The notes under the pieces were generated by a model. That model made no database searches and had not been told where the DNA came from. It worked only from the letters and a program-made list of their open reading frames with translations. Below, in pieces: positions 27,425 through 37,621 of a stretch of DNA of 64,000 nucleotides (position 1 is the first letter of the stretch; every line of letters begins with the position of its first letter). The translations under genes and the position numbers were made by a program. This DNA is from Ignavibacteria bacterium (GTDB lineage Bacteria > Bacteroidota > Ignavibacteria > Kapaibacteriales > UBA2268): contig JBBIUA010000002.1 in the NCBI GenBank assembly GCA_037440445.1, forward strand, positions 136,848 through 200,847, given 5' to 3'.

Positions 27425-29506
27425 ATGAAACAATTCTGGGTGAATGCTTCAGTGTTTCTTTTTGTAATACTATTTGGAACCACAACTCTTGAAGCACAAA
27501 AAACTACAGGGAAAGTTGCTACAAAGAAAAGCAAGGATATAAGAGAAACAGTTGTAGCCACTGTTGGCAACGAAAAGATAACCTATTACGACCTGGAAAA
27601 AGCATACTCAAAGAATCTTGCCAAGAAAAGTTCTCCGTTGTTTATGCTACCAAAGGATAGCCTTCTTGATTTTGTAAATCTTTATGTTCGATATCGTCTA
27701 AAAGTTAATGATGCTTTGCGTCGTGGACTTGATAAGGATTCTGCTGTAAGCGAAGAAATAAAAAGTAACAGAAGATTGCTTGCCGAAACTTTCTTTTTCG
27801 AAAAGAATCTTGTTGAACCAAACGTTGAAAGGATGCTTCGTTATCGGAACTGGGAAGCACAAGTTTCTTATATTTTTGTTCAGTTTCCCTCGGATAATCC
27901 CGACACAATGCCTACTTTCAAACGTGCAATGAATTTGATAGAAATGCTCAAAAATGGAGTTGATTTCGCAAAACTTGCAAAAGATTCTTCTCAGGATAAA
28001 GAGTCGGCGGAAAGAGGTGGTTTAATTCTCAATTACATTACAGGCGGCAAAGTACAAAAACCAATCGAAGATGTAATCTTTTCTTTGAAACCTGGAGAAT
28101 TTTATCCTTATCCGATTAAAAGCAAATTTGGATATTTTATTATCAAATTAAACAAACTGGAACCTCGAGTAAAAGTAAAAGGGCGTCACATATTAATTTC
28201 GGTAACTCCTGAGCGAGATTCAATTTCCGCGTTAAAGAAGGCTGATAGTATTCTTACAATGATTAAAGCTGGAATGGATTTCAGCCGACTTGCCGAAGAG
28301 AATTCCGACGACCCATCTTCTTCGATGCGTGGCGGTGATTTTGGGGGGTGGTATTCTCGTTCCAGCGGGCTTGAGCCTTCGGGTAGGTTTTTTGCTTCCA
28401 GTTTCGAAGAAGCATTGTTCTCTTTAAGAGATTGGGAAGTTTCCAAACCCGTTTATACTGAATATGGTTTCCATATCATTCGTCGCGATAGTACATCCAA
28501 ATTTAATCCTGATGAAGAGCGCGAAGAATTGAAAAGACTTTATAAGCGATTATATTTCGAAACCGAAAAAAAAGAATTAGTTGAAAAGTTGCAAAACTCC
28601 TATGGTTTTTCAATTAACAATGAAGTGTTCTTAAAATTACTATCTATGCTGGATACAACCAAAACACTTCTTGATACTGCTTGGAGAAAAAATATCAAGA
28701 ATGAAATATTAAAGGAAAAGTTGTTTGAAATTTTGAACAAGCAATACACTGTTGGTGAATTTATTGAAATATTAAGCCACCGAAACGACCTCCGAACTAC
28801 TGCTTTAAATTGGGCAGGTCTAACAAATGCAATTAACAAAATCGTTTATCCATTGGTTATGGACAAAGCAACCGAAAACCTTGAAGGCCAAAATCCCGAA
28901 TTTGCTTCTATGATGAAAGAGTTTCGCGATGGGATTCTTTTGTTTAAAGTTGAAGCCATGGAAGTTTGGGATAAGTTGAAGTTGGATTCTGCACTTGCTC
29001 GCGAATATTGGGAAAAGAACAGGGCAAAATACAAGACTTTCCCGGCATATGATGTTAATGAAATTTATGTTTTGAAAGATTCCCTTGCTAAAGAAATATA
29101 CGAAAGAATAACGAAAAAGGGCGAAGATTTCGAGCAATTAGCTAGTCAGTTTACACAAAGAGCAAATCTTCGCGAAAAGAAAGGTTATCTTGGTAGGATT
29201 ACAACAAAAGAAAGCAAACTAGCACAAAAATTGTATGAAATGAAAGCAACTGCGGGTAGTATTGTTGGTCCTATTGAGTACGATGGTGGATATTCTATTG
29301 TTCGAATAAATAAATTTGAGCCAGAACGAGAAAAGACTTTCGAAGAAGCAATTCCTGATTTTGCAACTGATGTTCAAGAAATTTCACAAAAACGTTTGGT
29401 AGAAAATTGGTTGAAAAATCTTCAGAAAACAATTCCAGTTAAGATTGATGAGCAGAAACTCTTTATGGTCGTAAATACTTTGAAAAAGGAAAACCCAATT
29501 AAATGA
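27425..29506 (+). CDS. Periplasmic chaperone/peptidyl-prolyl isomerase, PpiD/SurA-like with parvulin domains
   Basis: 693 aa with a signal peptide. It has SurA_N-like segments and two parvulin-like regions (HILI...GGDFGGW..., ...GYLGRIT...). Confidence 0.6.
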   Translation: MKQFWVNASVFLFVILFGTTTLEAQKTTGKVATKKSKDIRETVVATVGNEKITYYDLEKAYSKNLAKKSSPLFMLPKDSLLDFVNLYVRYRLKVNDALRRGLDKDSAVSEEIKSNRRLLAETFFFEKNLVEPNVERMLRYRNWEAQVSYIFVQFPSDNPDTMPTFKRAMNLIEMLKNGVDFAKLAKDSSQDKESAERGGLILNYITGGKVQKPIEDVIFSLKPGEFYPYPIKSKFGYFIIKLNKLEPRVKVKGRHILISVTPERDSISALKKADSILTMIKAGMDFSRLAEENSDDPSSSMRGGDFGGWYSRSSGLEPSGRFFASSFEEALFSLRDWEVSKPVYTEYGFHIIRRDSTSKFNPDEEREELKRLYKRLYFETEKKELVEKLQNSYGFSINNEVFLKLLSMLDTTKTLLDTAWRKNIKNEILKEKLFEILNKQYTVGEFIEILSHRNDLRTTALNWAGLTNAINKIVYPLVMDKATENLEGQNPEFASMMKEFRDGILLFKVEAMEVWDKLKLDSALAREYWEKNRAKYKTFPAYDVNEIYVLKDSLAKEIYERITKKGEDFEQLASQFTQRANLREKKGYLGRITTKESKLAQKLYEMKATAGSIVGPIEYDGGYSIVRINKFEPEREKTFEEAIPDFATDVQEISQKRLVENWLKNLQKTIPVKIDEQKLFMVVNTLKKENPIK

Positions 29507-30786
29507 GAAGTCTATTTATTGCATTACTTTTTGTATCAATCGCATTTGAATCTTTATTCTGTCAAACTGAGGGTGAAGTCATTGATAAAATCGTCGCAAT
29601 TGTTGGCGACGAAATGATTATGCAGTCCGATGTTCAAAGTCAAGCATATTTACTTGCCCAGCAAGACCCAACAATCGACCCTAATGACCAAAAGATTCAG
29701 AAGAACATTCTTGATCAGTTAATTAATGAAAAACTTGTCTTAATAAAAGCAAAAGAGGATTCCATAACAGTTTCCGATGAAGAGGTTGACCAACGCTGGC
29801 AATTCCAATTAAACGCACTGGTGGAGCGGTATGGTTCAGAGAAACGAATTGAAGACTTATATGGAATGTCTATTCCTCGTTTGAAATCCGAATACGTCGA
29901 TGAAATTAGAAAATTCCTGCTCATTGAAAAAATGAAAGAAAAGAAGTTTGGGAATATTAAGGTTACAGAACGAGAAATCAATGAACTTTATGAACAATTT
30001 AAGGATTCACTTCCAACTCTTCCCGAACAGGTCGAAATTTTTCACATTGTTAAGAATATAAGTGCACCAGAGGATATCTGGCGGCAAAAATATGAACTAG
30101 CAAAAAGAGTGAGAGACTCAATCATCCAAACAGGTGATTTTGTCCGTTACGTTAAAGCTTATAGTGATGATATTTCAACTGTAAATTCTGGGGGTGAGTT
30201 AGGTTGGATAGCACGAGGAAATCTTTTCCCTGAATTTGAAAAGGCCGCTTTTAATTTGCAATATAGGGAGGTATCCCCACCAATTGAAACACCACTTGGT
30301 TTTCATATTATTCAATTGCTTGGTAAATCAAAAGATTCTGTATTGGTTCGTCATATATTGTTTAAAATCACACCTTCGGAGGTTGAAATTGCAAGCACCA
30401 AACGATTTCTCGATTCTGTTCGTAATTTTTTTTATAAAGGAATTCCTTTCGAAGAACTTGCAAAGAAGTATTCCGAAGAGGTGGAGACTCGGGGTGCAGG
30501 TGGTTTTTTAGGGCGTTTCCCAATTAAAGATTTACCCGAAAACTTACGCTCAGTTGTTGATACTCTTCCAACTGGCGAAGTTTCCGCTCCTGTCCTTTAT
30601 AAAACCCATCCAAACGAATCATATCACATTATATATAAAAAAAGGATTATCTCCCCCCATAAACCCTCTCCTCAAACTGATTATAAAGAACTGGAGCAAT
30701 TTTTTACTGCATACAAGCAAAATCGACTTTACCTTGAATGGATTAATGAACTTCGGAAGTCAATATATTGGGAAATTTTGGAATAA
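29503..30786 (+). CDS. surA: Peptidyl-prolyl cis-trans isomerase SurA-like (parvulin type)
   Basis: Signal peptide, SurA_N-like region, parvulin motifs (HIV...GGELGWIARGNLFPEFEKAAF; HILF...GGFLGRF). ATGA overlap with the preceding gene. Confidence 0.65.
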   Translation: MRSLFIALLFVSIAFESLFCQTEGEVIDKIVAIVGDEMIMQSDVQSQAYLLAQQDPTIDPNDQKIQKNILDQLINEKLVLIKAKEDSITVSDEEVDQRWQFQLNALVERYGSEKRIEDLYGMSIPRLKSEYVDEIRKFLLIEKMKEKKFGNIKVTEREINELYEQFKDSLPTLPEQVEIFHIVKNISAPEDIWRQKYELAKRVRDSIIQTGDFVRYVKAYSDDISTVNSGGELGWIARGNLFPEFEKAAFNLQYREVSPPIETPLGFHIIQLLGKSKDSVLVRHILFKITPSEVEIASTKRFLDSVRNFFYKGIPFEELAKKYSEEVETRGAGGFLGRFPIKDLPENLRSVVDTLPTGEVSAPVLYKTHPNESYHIIYKKRIISPHKPSPQTDYKELEQFFTAYKQNRLYLEWINELRKSIYWEILE

Positions 30787-30931
30787 TTATTTTAGTTTTG
30801 TAAAAGTAGTTTTTTAATATTTATCTCGTTAGTAATTTTGTTGTTTTTAGATTTCTTTGAGGGCTTTTTCCATAAACCCTCAAAAGAAAATTATGCTTTT
30901 GGGAAAATGTAATTTAAATAGGAGGTAAAAG

Positions 30932-31591
30932 ATGAAGAAGTTTGTTAAAATTAGAATACCTCTAATTGTTTTTTTGATTTTATTTATTAATCAACTTTTT
31001 TCCTATCCACCTCTTATTGTTAATTTAAGTGAAGCAAAAAATGTTATTAAAGAGTATTACCTTTCTGGCAGATATTCTTTGGAACTTGACTCAATAATAG
31101 CTGATGCGATTCGACAACTTGGTGAAATTACAATTTCTAAAAATTCTACATTTGTTTTTGATGTTGATGAAACTGCTCTTTCAAACTTTGAGTATGAAAT
31201 TATTTATGATTTTGGTTACATAAAAAGCGAATGGAACAAATGGGTGGAATCGGAGAAAGCAGTTCCAATTCGACAAGTTAAAGCTTTCTACGATACTTTG
31301 TTAGCAAGGAAGATTAAGGTAGTTTTCATTACTGGAAGGAATCAAAGTCAATACCAAGCGACTCTAAACAATTTAAAAAAGGCGGGATACGTGCAATTTG
31401 ATACTTTGATTTGTAGAGGTCCAAACGAGCAGGATATGACTGCAAGAGAATTTAAGACATTGAAAAGGAAAGAATTGACAGAAAAAGGCTACAAAATTAT
31501 TGGTTCTATAGGCGACCAATGGAGCGACCTTGAGGGAGGTTATACTATTTTGAAAATCAAAATTCCAAATTATATGTATAAAGTTGAATGA
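30932..31591 (+). CDS. HAD-superfamily class B acid phosphatase (lipoprotein e(P4)/VSP family)
   Basis: Signal peptide, DxDxT motif (FVFDVDETALSN), a downstream TGR..., and GDQWSDL (motif IV). AGGAGG RBS. Confidence 0.65.
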   Translation: MKKFVKIRIPLIVFLILFINQLFSYPPLIVNLSEAKNVIKEYYLSGRYSLELDSIIADAIRQLGEITISKNSTFVFDVDETALSNFEYEIIYDFGYIKSEWNKWVESEKAVPIRQVKAFYDTLLARKIKVVFITGRNQSQYQATLNNLKKAGYVQFDTLICRGPNEQDMTAREFKTLKRKELTEKGYKIIGSIGDQWSDLEGGYTILKIKIPNYMYKVE

Positions 31592-31592
31592 A

Positions 31593-32705
31593 ATGACTTT
31601 TTGCGAAATCATCTCTCGAATTGATAAGCCTTTGAGAAGGGTTCTTGTCGAAAGTTTTCCGTATGTTTCCTGTTTTGTCTATTCTTTTGGAAGGAAGTTT
31701 TTTTTACGGAGATTGGTTAAAGAGAAAATTGAAAGAAAAGAAATTCCATATGAATTTTCCAAAAAAATATGGGGATTGAATTTTCAAAGTCCTCTATTTA
31801 ATGCTGCTGGGATGTTTAAAGATGGCAAAGGTTACGAACTTGCTTATCTGCAAGGTGCTGGAGCTTACCTTGCTGGAACAGTAACACCATTACCAAAGAA
31901 GGGAAATCATAGAAAGGGCATCTTACATCCTTTTATTCCATATCCTCGTTCATCTTCAAGTTCAAATTGGATGGGACTTCCGAACCCAGGGCTTAAATTT
32001 GTTTTGGACTATCTTAATTCGGTTAAAAAAAAGCCAGGTGTTCCGCTCGGTTTAAGCATTTCATCTGATTCGGATTCTTTTGACTCTTTGGAAAGATTGT
32101 GTCAATCCTTGTTCCTTATTCAAGAGTCTAATGTTGATTTCGTTGAAATTAACGAAAGTTGTCCTAATGTTCTAAATAAGGAAACTAATTTAAAAAAACT
32201 AGATAGTAATTTTATTAATAGGATTGAATATATTTCTCAAAATTTCCTTCGCTATAAAAAAAGAAACCTACCAGTGGTAATTAAGTTGTCGAATGACTTT
32301 TCGAGAAAATATGTTCCTGAATTGATTGATACACTTCTCGACCTTGGATACGATGGTCTTAATTTTGGAAATACTTCTACTGATTATTCACAAATATTTT
32401 CTTTGATTGAACCATCAGAAAGAAAGTCATTTGAATTTTTTGTTTTAAACTTTGGTGGTGGTATAAGTGGTAGACCTTTAAAAGAAAAATCTTTCGAGTT
32501 AACTGCTGAATGTGTAAAGTATTTAAAAACTAAAGAGCTTTCCCGTGAATTTCACATAATTAGAACAGGAGGGATTATGTGTTACGACGATTTAGTTCGA
32601 AGCCGATACCTTGGCGTTTCTCTTTTTCAATGGTTTACAGGATATTTTGAAAATTTTGAAAAATTTGGACACAATCTTTATAAGTTTTTTTTTCATTCCA
32701 AATAA
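31593..32705 (+). CDS. pyrD: Dihydroorotate dehydrogenase, class 2 (quinone-dependent)
   Basis: NAAGMFKDGKG, INESCPNV and NFGGGISGRPL motifs. I prefer the ATG at 31593 over the TTG at 31584. Confidence 0.75.
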   Translation: MTFCEIISRIDKPLRRVLVESFPYVSCFVYSFGRKFFLRRLVKEKIERKEIPYEFSKKIWGLNFQSPLFNAAGMFKDGKGYELAYLQGAGAYLAGTVTPLPKKGNHRKGILHPFIPYPRSSSSSNWMGLPNPGLKFVLDYLNSVKKKPGVPLGLSISSDSDSFDSLERLCQSLFLIQESNVDFVEINESCPNVLNKETNLKKLDSNFINRIEYISQNFLRYKKRNLPVVIKLSNDFSRKYVPELIDTLLDLGYDGLNFGNTSTDYSQIFSLIEPSERKSFEFFVLNFGGGISGRPLKEKSFELTAECVKYLKTKELSREFHIIRTGGIMCYDDLVRSRYLGVSLFQWFTGYFENFEKFGHNLYKFFFHSK

Positions 32706-32813
32706 AGTAATTTGCTTTTATAGTAATCTCTTCAACTAAAAATTTCAAACATTTGAAACTTTATTTAGAAGTTTTCGTAGTTGAATATTGGTTTAACAAT
32801 TTGAGTAAAAAAA

Positions 32814-33170
32814 ATGATAAGGGGTTTAACAAGAACAATAATTTTATCGATTTTATCAATTTTCTTTGCAATTGGTGTAACTTTTTCGCAAGATAATTTG
32901 TCTAAAGTTTCTTTTAAAGTTGAAACGAAGAGCAAAGAGGCTAAAGTAAAAATCGAAACAATTGTCAATATGCTTAAAGGTGTTTCCGAAGCAGAAATGG
33001 ACTTGAACAGTAAGCGGTTGGAAGTTAAGTTTGATTCAACACAAATTCAGGAAGATATGATCCTCTTTGCTATTCAAACACTTGGATATCCGGCAACTAT
33101 TGAACGTGAAGGAGTGGAAAAAGACAAAAAGACGAAAACCTCTACGATTCAAGATAGCACAAAGAAATAA
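32814..33170 (+). CDS. Small secreted HMA-fold-like protein lacking the CxxC metal-binding motif
   Basis: Signal peptide; a beta-alpha-beta-beta-alpha-beta-like pattern (VSFKVET...VKIETIVNMLKGVSEAEMDLNSKRLEVKF...MILFAIQTLGYPATI) reminiscent of heavy-metal-associated domains, but with no cysteines. Confidence 0.35.
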   Translation: MIRGLTRTIILSILSIFFAIGVTFSQDNLSKVSFKVETKSKEAKVKIETIVNMLKGVSEAEMDLNSKRLEVKFDSTQIQEDMILFAIQTLGYPATIEREGVEKDKKTKTSTIQDSTKK

Positions 33171-33210
33171 TTTTCCCACAGCCGTTATTTAACAAAACAG
33201 AGCAACCCCC

Positions 33211-33245
33211 AACCAGGTTCTTCGGAACCTGGTTTTCTTTAATAT
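33211..33245 (+). terminator. Intrinsic terminator after the HMA-like gene
   Basis: AACCAGGTTC-TTCG-GAACCTGGTT followed by TTCTTTAATATTTTTTTG. Confidence 0.6.
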
Positions 33246-33287
33246 TTTTTTGTATATTGCAACTTTGTAGTTTAAAATGGAAATAAA

Positions 33288-33800
33288 ATGGGAAGGAAAG
33301 CTGTAGAAATCATTGGTATTAATTTTGACGAATTGATAAGCCAATTAAACTCCGCTCTTGCGGAAGAATGGCTTGCTTTCTATCAATATTGGATTGGCGC
33401 CCGAATTATGGTAGGACCAATGCGCGGAGAGATAGAGCCTGAACTGCTTTTACATGCATCACAAGAACTTAACCACGCGGTGTTAGTGGTTGACCGCATT
33501 ATTCAATTGGGAGGAACACCTATATTAACCCCCGAGGACTGGTTTAAACTTGCTCGATGTAAATATGAACCACCAATGGACCCTTACATCGAAGTTATTT
33601 TGCAACAGAATTTGGAGGCTGAAAGATGTGCAATTCAAAGATATCAGGAAATTGCATCGTTGACAAATGGCAAAGATTTTGCAACTTACCAAATTACAAT
33701 AACAATTCTGAGCGAAGAAATTGAGCACGAAGAAGATATTGAATCTTGGATTAATGATATTAAAAGATTAAAAGATGAAATAAAGCAAATTAGATTATAA
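33288..33800 (+). CDS. Bacterioferritin-family (ferritin-like diiron) protein
   Basis: Aligns by eye to E. coli Bfr across the ferroxidase ligands: ALAEEWLAFYQYWIGARIM against LLGNELVAINQYFLHARMF; ELLLHASQELNHAVLVVDRIIQLGGTP against [29 protein letters not shown]; and a C-terminal ILSEEIEHEEDIESWIND against ILRDEEGHIDWLETEL. Confidence 0.7.
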   Translation: MGRKAVEIIGINFDELISQLNSALAEEWLAFYQYWIGARIMVGPMRGEIEPELLLHASQELNHAVLVVDRIIQLGGTPILTPEDWFKLARCKYEPPMDPYIEVILQQNLEAERCAIQRYQEIASLTNGKDFATYQITITILSEEIEHEEDIESWINDIKRLKDEIKQIRL

Positions 33801-33888
33801 TTTATTAGAACCTTTGCCCAATATTAATTTGAAAATATAACTTCGTAAACTCTAAAAGTTGGTTTTTTAAGATTAATTATTTTCAACA

Positions 33889-34839
33889 TCAAATAAGTCT
33901 TTTCAACATTTCGAAGCCATCCGAAAGTTCAGAATTGTTCTTAATTAATTGAGCAAGATATGTGTTAATTCCAGATGCAACAGAAGAGAATTTAATAGAA
34001 AGAAGAGCTTCGGTTAACGTTGGTTGTAAACCAAATTTCTTTTTGTAGTTTTTTTGGTAAATAATCGATACTTCCGTATTATTAATTTTTTTCTGTTTAA
34101 ATAATTCTGGCTTAATCTTTTCTCGAATACTGGATATGAAGTTATTTATGGAATAAATATCTGCTCCTCCAAAATGATAAATCCCGAAAAGTTCAATTTC
34201 AATTACCTTCACTATGCCCAAAGCGACATCGTCGGCAAGGACAGGATTTGTTGAATATTGAAAGGGAAATGTTATTCCTTCTTTTTGATTGGAAAATAAT
34301 ACTTTTGTTACAAAATCCTCTTTCCCATAAAGACCATAGATCAATGGAAGACGAATAATTGTAAAAGTTGAAAGAGTGGTTTGGATAAGATTTTCAGCAG
34401 CAAGCTTGGATTTACCTAAATAATTTATGGGGTTTGGGCGGTCTGTTTCTAAATAAGGACCATTTTTTCCGTCGAAAATCCATTCGCAGGAAAAAGAGAC
34501 AAAATGGGATTGCAAAATTTTGGAAAGAGAAACCAGATGTTCGACTAGTTGAACATTTATTTCCCAAGCAAGTTTTCGGTTGTTTTCAGCAAAAATTGGG
34601 TCAGAAATTCCAGCAGCATTAACAATTGCATTTGGCTTTTCCTCGAGGATTGCTTTTCGAAGCTCCTTGAATTGATTAGACTTTAAAAAATAGATTTTAA
34701 CATTATCACCTGAATAGGGACTTTCGCCATTGGAGCAAGTGGCAACAATTTCAAAATCTGTTTCAAATGATAGCATTTTAAGGATTGCTTCGCCGATTGT
34801 ACCACTTCCCCCAACAATAAAAATTTTCTTTTGTTTCAT
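33889..34839 (-). CDS. NAD(P)-dependent sugar epimerase/reductase, RmlD-like (dTDP-4-dehydrorhamnose reductase family)
   Basis: N-terminal Rossmann motif IFIVGGSGTIG; the pattern ...NAAGISD...YLGKSKLAAE is typical of the RmlD substrate-binding family. Confidence 0.6.
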   Translation of the reverse strand: MKQKKIFIVGGSGTIGEAILKMLSFETDFEIVATCSNGESPYSGDNVKIYFLKSNQFKELRKAILEEKPNAIVNAAGISDPIFAENNRKLAWEINVQLVEHLVSLSKILQSHFVSFSCEWIFDGKNGPYLETDRPNPINYLGKSKLAAENLIQTTLSTFTIIRLPLIYGLYGKEDFVTKVLFSNQKEGITFPFQYSTNPVLADDVALGIVKVIEIELFGIYHFGGADIYSINNFISSIREKIKPELFKQKKINNTEVSIIYQKNYKKKFGLQPTLTEALLSIKFSSVASGINTYLAQLIKNNSELSDGFEMLKRLI

Positions 34840-34850
34840 ATTTTTTTAAA

Positions 34851-36713
34851 TTATCGTAAATATAGGGCTAAGATTGAAATATCAGATGCGGAAACACCAG
34901 GAATTCTCGAGGCTTGACCAAGCGATTGAGGTCGGATTTTTGAAAGTTTTTCGCGCGCTTCTTTCGAAAGTGAGTTAATTTTCCAGTAATCAAAATTTTC
35001 GGGAATCTTTTTGTTTTCGTTTTGTATAAATAATTCAATTTCTTTCCTTTGTCTTTGAAGATATCCTTCGTATCGAATCTCAATTTGCAGCCGTTCTATA
35101 AGTTCAGGACTTTTTTTAAGTTCAACAAAAACTTCAGGAGTAGAATTAATAAAGTTAAGAACTTCGTTCAAATTAATATTACTTCTTTTGGCAATATAGT
35201 GGAGATTTGTCATTTCGTCGATAGGTGTTTCGCCTACTTTAAGAAGGTATGGATTAATATCGTCAGGTTTAATTTTATATAACTTAGACTCTTGGTATGC
35301 TTTTTTTAAAAGTTCCATTTTCTTTTGGTGTTTATCGAATTCTTCCGATGAAATCAATCCGAATTTGTAGCCATAATCCATTAGTCTCTCGTCGGCATTG
35401 TCTTGGCGTAGAAGCAAACGATATTCAGCAAGTGATGTGAAAATGCGATAGGGTTCTTCGGGGGCTTTGTTTACAAGGTCGTCAATAAGAACTCCAATAT
35501 ATGCTTCACTTCTTTTAAGGATAAAAGGTGGTTCGCCACGAAGTTTTAATACTGCATTGATACCTGCCATAATACCCTGGGCTGCTGCTTCTTCGTATCC
35601 AGAAGTTCCATTAATTTGACCAGCAAAGAAAAGTCCTTCAACAAGTTTAGTCTCCAAGGAAAGCTTTAATTGGTGTGGATAGAAAAAGTCATATTCTATT
35701 GCATACCCAGGTCGAATTAATTCGGCCTTCTCCAATCCTGGAATTGTATGTAAGCCCTTTATTTGAATATAAACTGGAAGACTTGTTGAAAAGCCATTGA
35801 CGTAGATGGAATCTGTAAAAAGACCTTCTGGTTCTAAAAGAATCTTGTGTGAGTTTTTATCGGCAAAGCGATTAACTTTATCTTCAATTGATGGACAATA
35901 CCGTGGACCAGTGCCTTTGATTCTTCCTGTGAACATAGGAGATTGGTCGAAGCCTGTACGCAAGACCTCGTGGGTAATTTCGTTTGTGGCTGTTGCATAA
36001 CAAACGATTCGATTTTTTACAATGCGTGTATTACGATGGAAAGGCTGTGGAGGTTCATCGCCTGGGGAAATTTCTGTTTTGTTGAAATCGATCGAATGAC
36101 GCCAAACTCGAGGAGGGGTTCCTGTTTTGAGCCTTCCGACTTCAAAGCCATATTCATTCAACAAATTCGAAAGATATTTTGATGCAGGTTCGTTATATCT
36201 GCCCCCAGGGGTTGACTTTAAACCTGTCCACATTACTCCATTTAAGAAAGTTCCTGCGCAAAGAATTACAATTGGAGCGAAAATCTTCTGATTCTCTAAA
36301 GTTTCGATTCCACATATCTTGTTGTGTTTAATAAGAATTTGCTTTACTGTGGCTTCGATAATGGTTAAATTTTTTTGTTTCGATAGAAGTTGATACACAT
36401 AAATTGGATAAAGGTCTTTGTCAATTTGACATCTTGGAGACCATACGGCGTAGCCTTTGGAGCGATTTAACATTTTAAAATGTACACCTGCTTTATCGGC
36501 GAGGATTGCCATTGCCCCGCCAAGTGCATCTATTTCTTTAACCAAATGCCCTTTTGCAGTTCCACCAATCGATGGGTTACAAGAAGGTCTGCCCATCGTG
36601 TATTTGTTCATTGTAACAAGGGCAACTTTGCAACCCATACGACTTGAAACGTATGAGGCTTCGATACCTGCGTGTCCTCCACCAATTACTATTATGTCGA
36701 ATTGATTATCCAT
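34851..36713 (-). CDS. mnmG: tRNA uridine 5-carboxymethylaminomethyl modification enzyme
   Basis: [18 protein letters not shown] motif and GidA-family colinearity across 620 aa. Confidence 0.9.
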   Translation of the reverse strand: MDNQFDIIVIGGGHAGIEASYVSSRMGCKVALVTMNKYTMGRPSCNPSIGGTAKGHLVKEIDALGGAMAILADKAGVHFKMLNRSKGYAVWSPRCQIDKDLYPIYVYQLLSKQKNLTIIEATVKQILIKHNKICGIETLENQKIFAPIVILCAGTFLNGVMWTGLKSTPGGRYNEPASKYLSNLLNEYGFEVGRLKTGTPPRVWRHSIDFNKTEISPGDEPPQPFHRNTRIVKNRIVCYATATNEITHEVLRTGFDQSPMFTGRIKGTGPRYCPSIEDKVNRFADKNSHKILLEPEGLFTDSIYVNGFSTSLPVYIQIKGLHTIPGLEKAELIRPGYAIEYDFFYPHQLKLSLETKLVEGLFFAGQINGTSGYEEAAAQGIMAGINAVLKLRGEPPFILKRSEAYIGVLIDDLVNKAPEEPYRIFTSLAEYRLLLRQDNADERLMDYGYKFGLISSEEFDKHQKKMELLKKAYQESKLYKIKPDDINPYLLKVGETPIDEMTNLHYIAKRSNINLNEVLNFINSTPEVFVELKKSPELIERLQIEIRYEGYLQRQRKEIELFIQNENKKIPENFDYWKINSLSKEAREKLSKIRPQSLGQASRIPGVSASDISILALYLR

Positions 36714-37108
36714 TTAAGAACAAATTTAACTACTTAAAGACGAAATTCATCATAATTATTGAAGCAACTTAAGGTTACATCTTACAAGATAATTCAATAA
36801 TAAATTTTGTTTCACCAGATTAAACATAATTACTTTTTTTTTCAAAAAGTTGAATTTTTTTGGACTTTCTCTTCTGTATGTCTTTCGTGTAATATCTGAA
36901 AATAAGTTCAACTTTTTCAAGCATATTCTATGTATTTGATTTAAATTATTTATTCAGAACTACAGATGTAAGTGTCTCATTTTTAGGTACTTTTTTCAAA
37001 TTGAGATTTTTTTCAAAAAAAATTTAATTCTTGTTTGGAAATTAAATTTTTCTTTTATAGTTTCGCAGTGGTTGAAAGTGGTAAAATTTCCCAAAAAGGA
37101 TTTATAAA

Positions 37109-37612
37109 GTGGGAGAAAGTGGAGAAAGCATTTTTAAAGGTAGTGAAGAGTATTTACTCGACAATAAAGGCCGTGTAGTTTTGCCGCAATATATGAGGCG
37201 TGCTATAAGTCCTGCTGCAAGAGACACTTTCAACCTTACAAGTGGCTATTACCGGTGTATTTCTGCGTATCCAATTGATCAATGGGAAAAGTTCCAAAAT
37301 ACTTTACGAAAGTTGAACCCATTTGACCCAGAACATGATAGAATTATAACTTTTCTTTCAATGTATTCCAAAGAAGTTACACTAGATGCACAGAATAGGA
37401 TTTTGTTGCCGAAGGTACTACTTCAATACGCTGGTATCGAATCGAGGGTGCTTGTCGTAGGAAAGTTAGATCATATTGAGTTTTGGAATCCAGATGAATT
37501 TGCAAGGGTTTATTCCTTTGACCAACAAGAATATCAAAAGATTTATGCAAAAGTAATGGGTGAGATTTATTCCAGCAGTAACGGAATACGGCAAGTGACA
37601 AATGAGATATGA
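37109..37612 (+). CDS. mraZ: Transcriptional regulator MraZ
   Basis: IFKGSEEYLLDNKGRVVLPQYMRR matches the MraZ N-terminus (MFRG...LDSKGRLSVP), and a second DxxxR-like half is present (ILLPKVLLQYAGI). GTG start at 37109. Confidence 0.8.
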   Translation: MGESGESIFKGSEEYLLDNKGRVVLPQYMRRAISPAARDTFNLTSGYYRCISAYPIDQWEKFQNTLRKLNPFDPEHDRIITFLSMYSKEVTLDAQNRILLPKVLLQYAGIESRVLVVGKLDHIEFWNPDEFARVYSFDQQEYQKIYAKVMGEIYSSSNGIRQVTNEI

Positions 37613-37621
37613 TTTGAGCGT

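Noticed and set aside
30787-30931. Hairpin TTGAGGG-N13-CCCTCAA between surA-like and the HAD phosphatase gene
   Set aside because: It has a 7-bp stem with a 13-nt loop, but is followed by an A-rich rather than T-rich tract. It could be a weak terminator or RNA stability element, and there is not enough evidence to call it.
36457-36705. 82-aa + strand ORF at the mnmG start
   Set aside because: Antisense to the FAD-binding N-terminus of mnmG. It is a shadow ORF.
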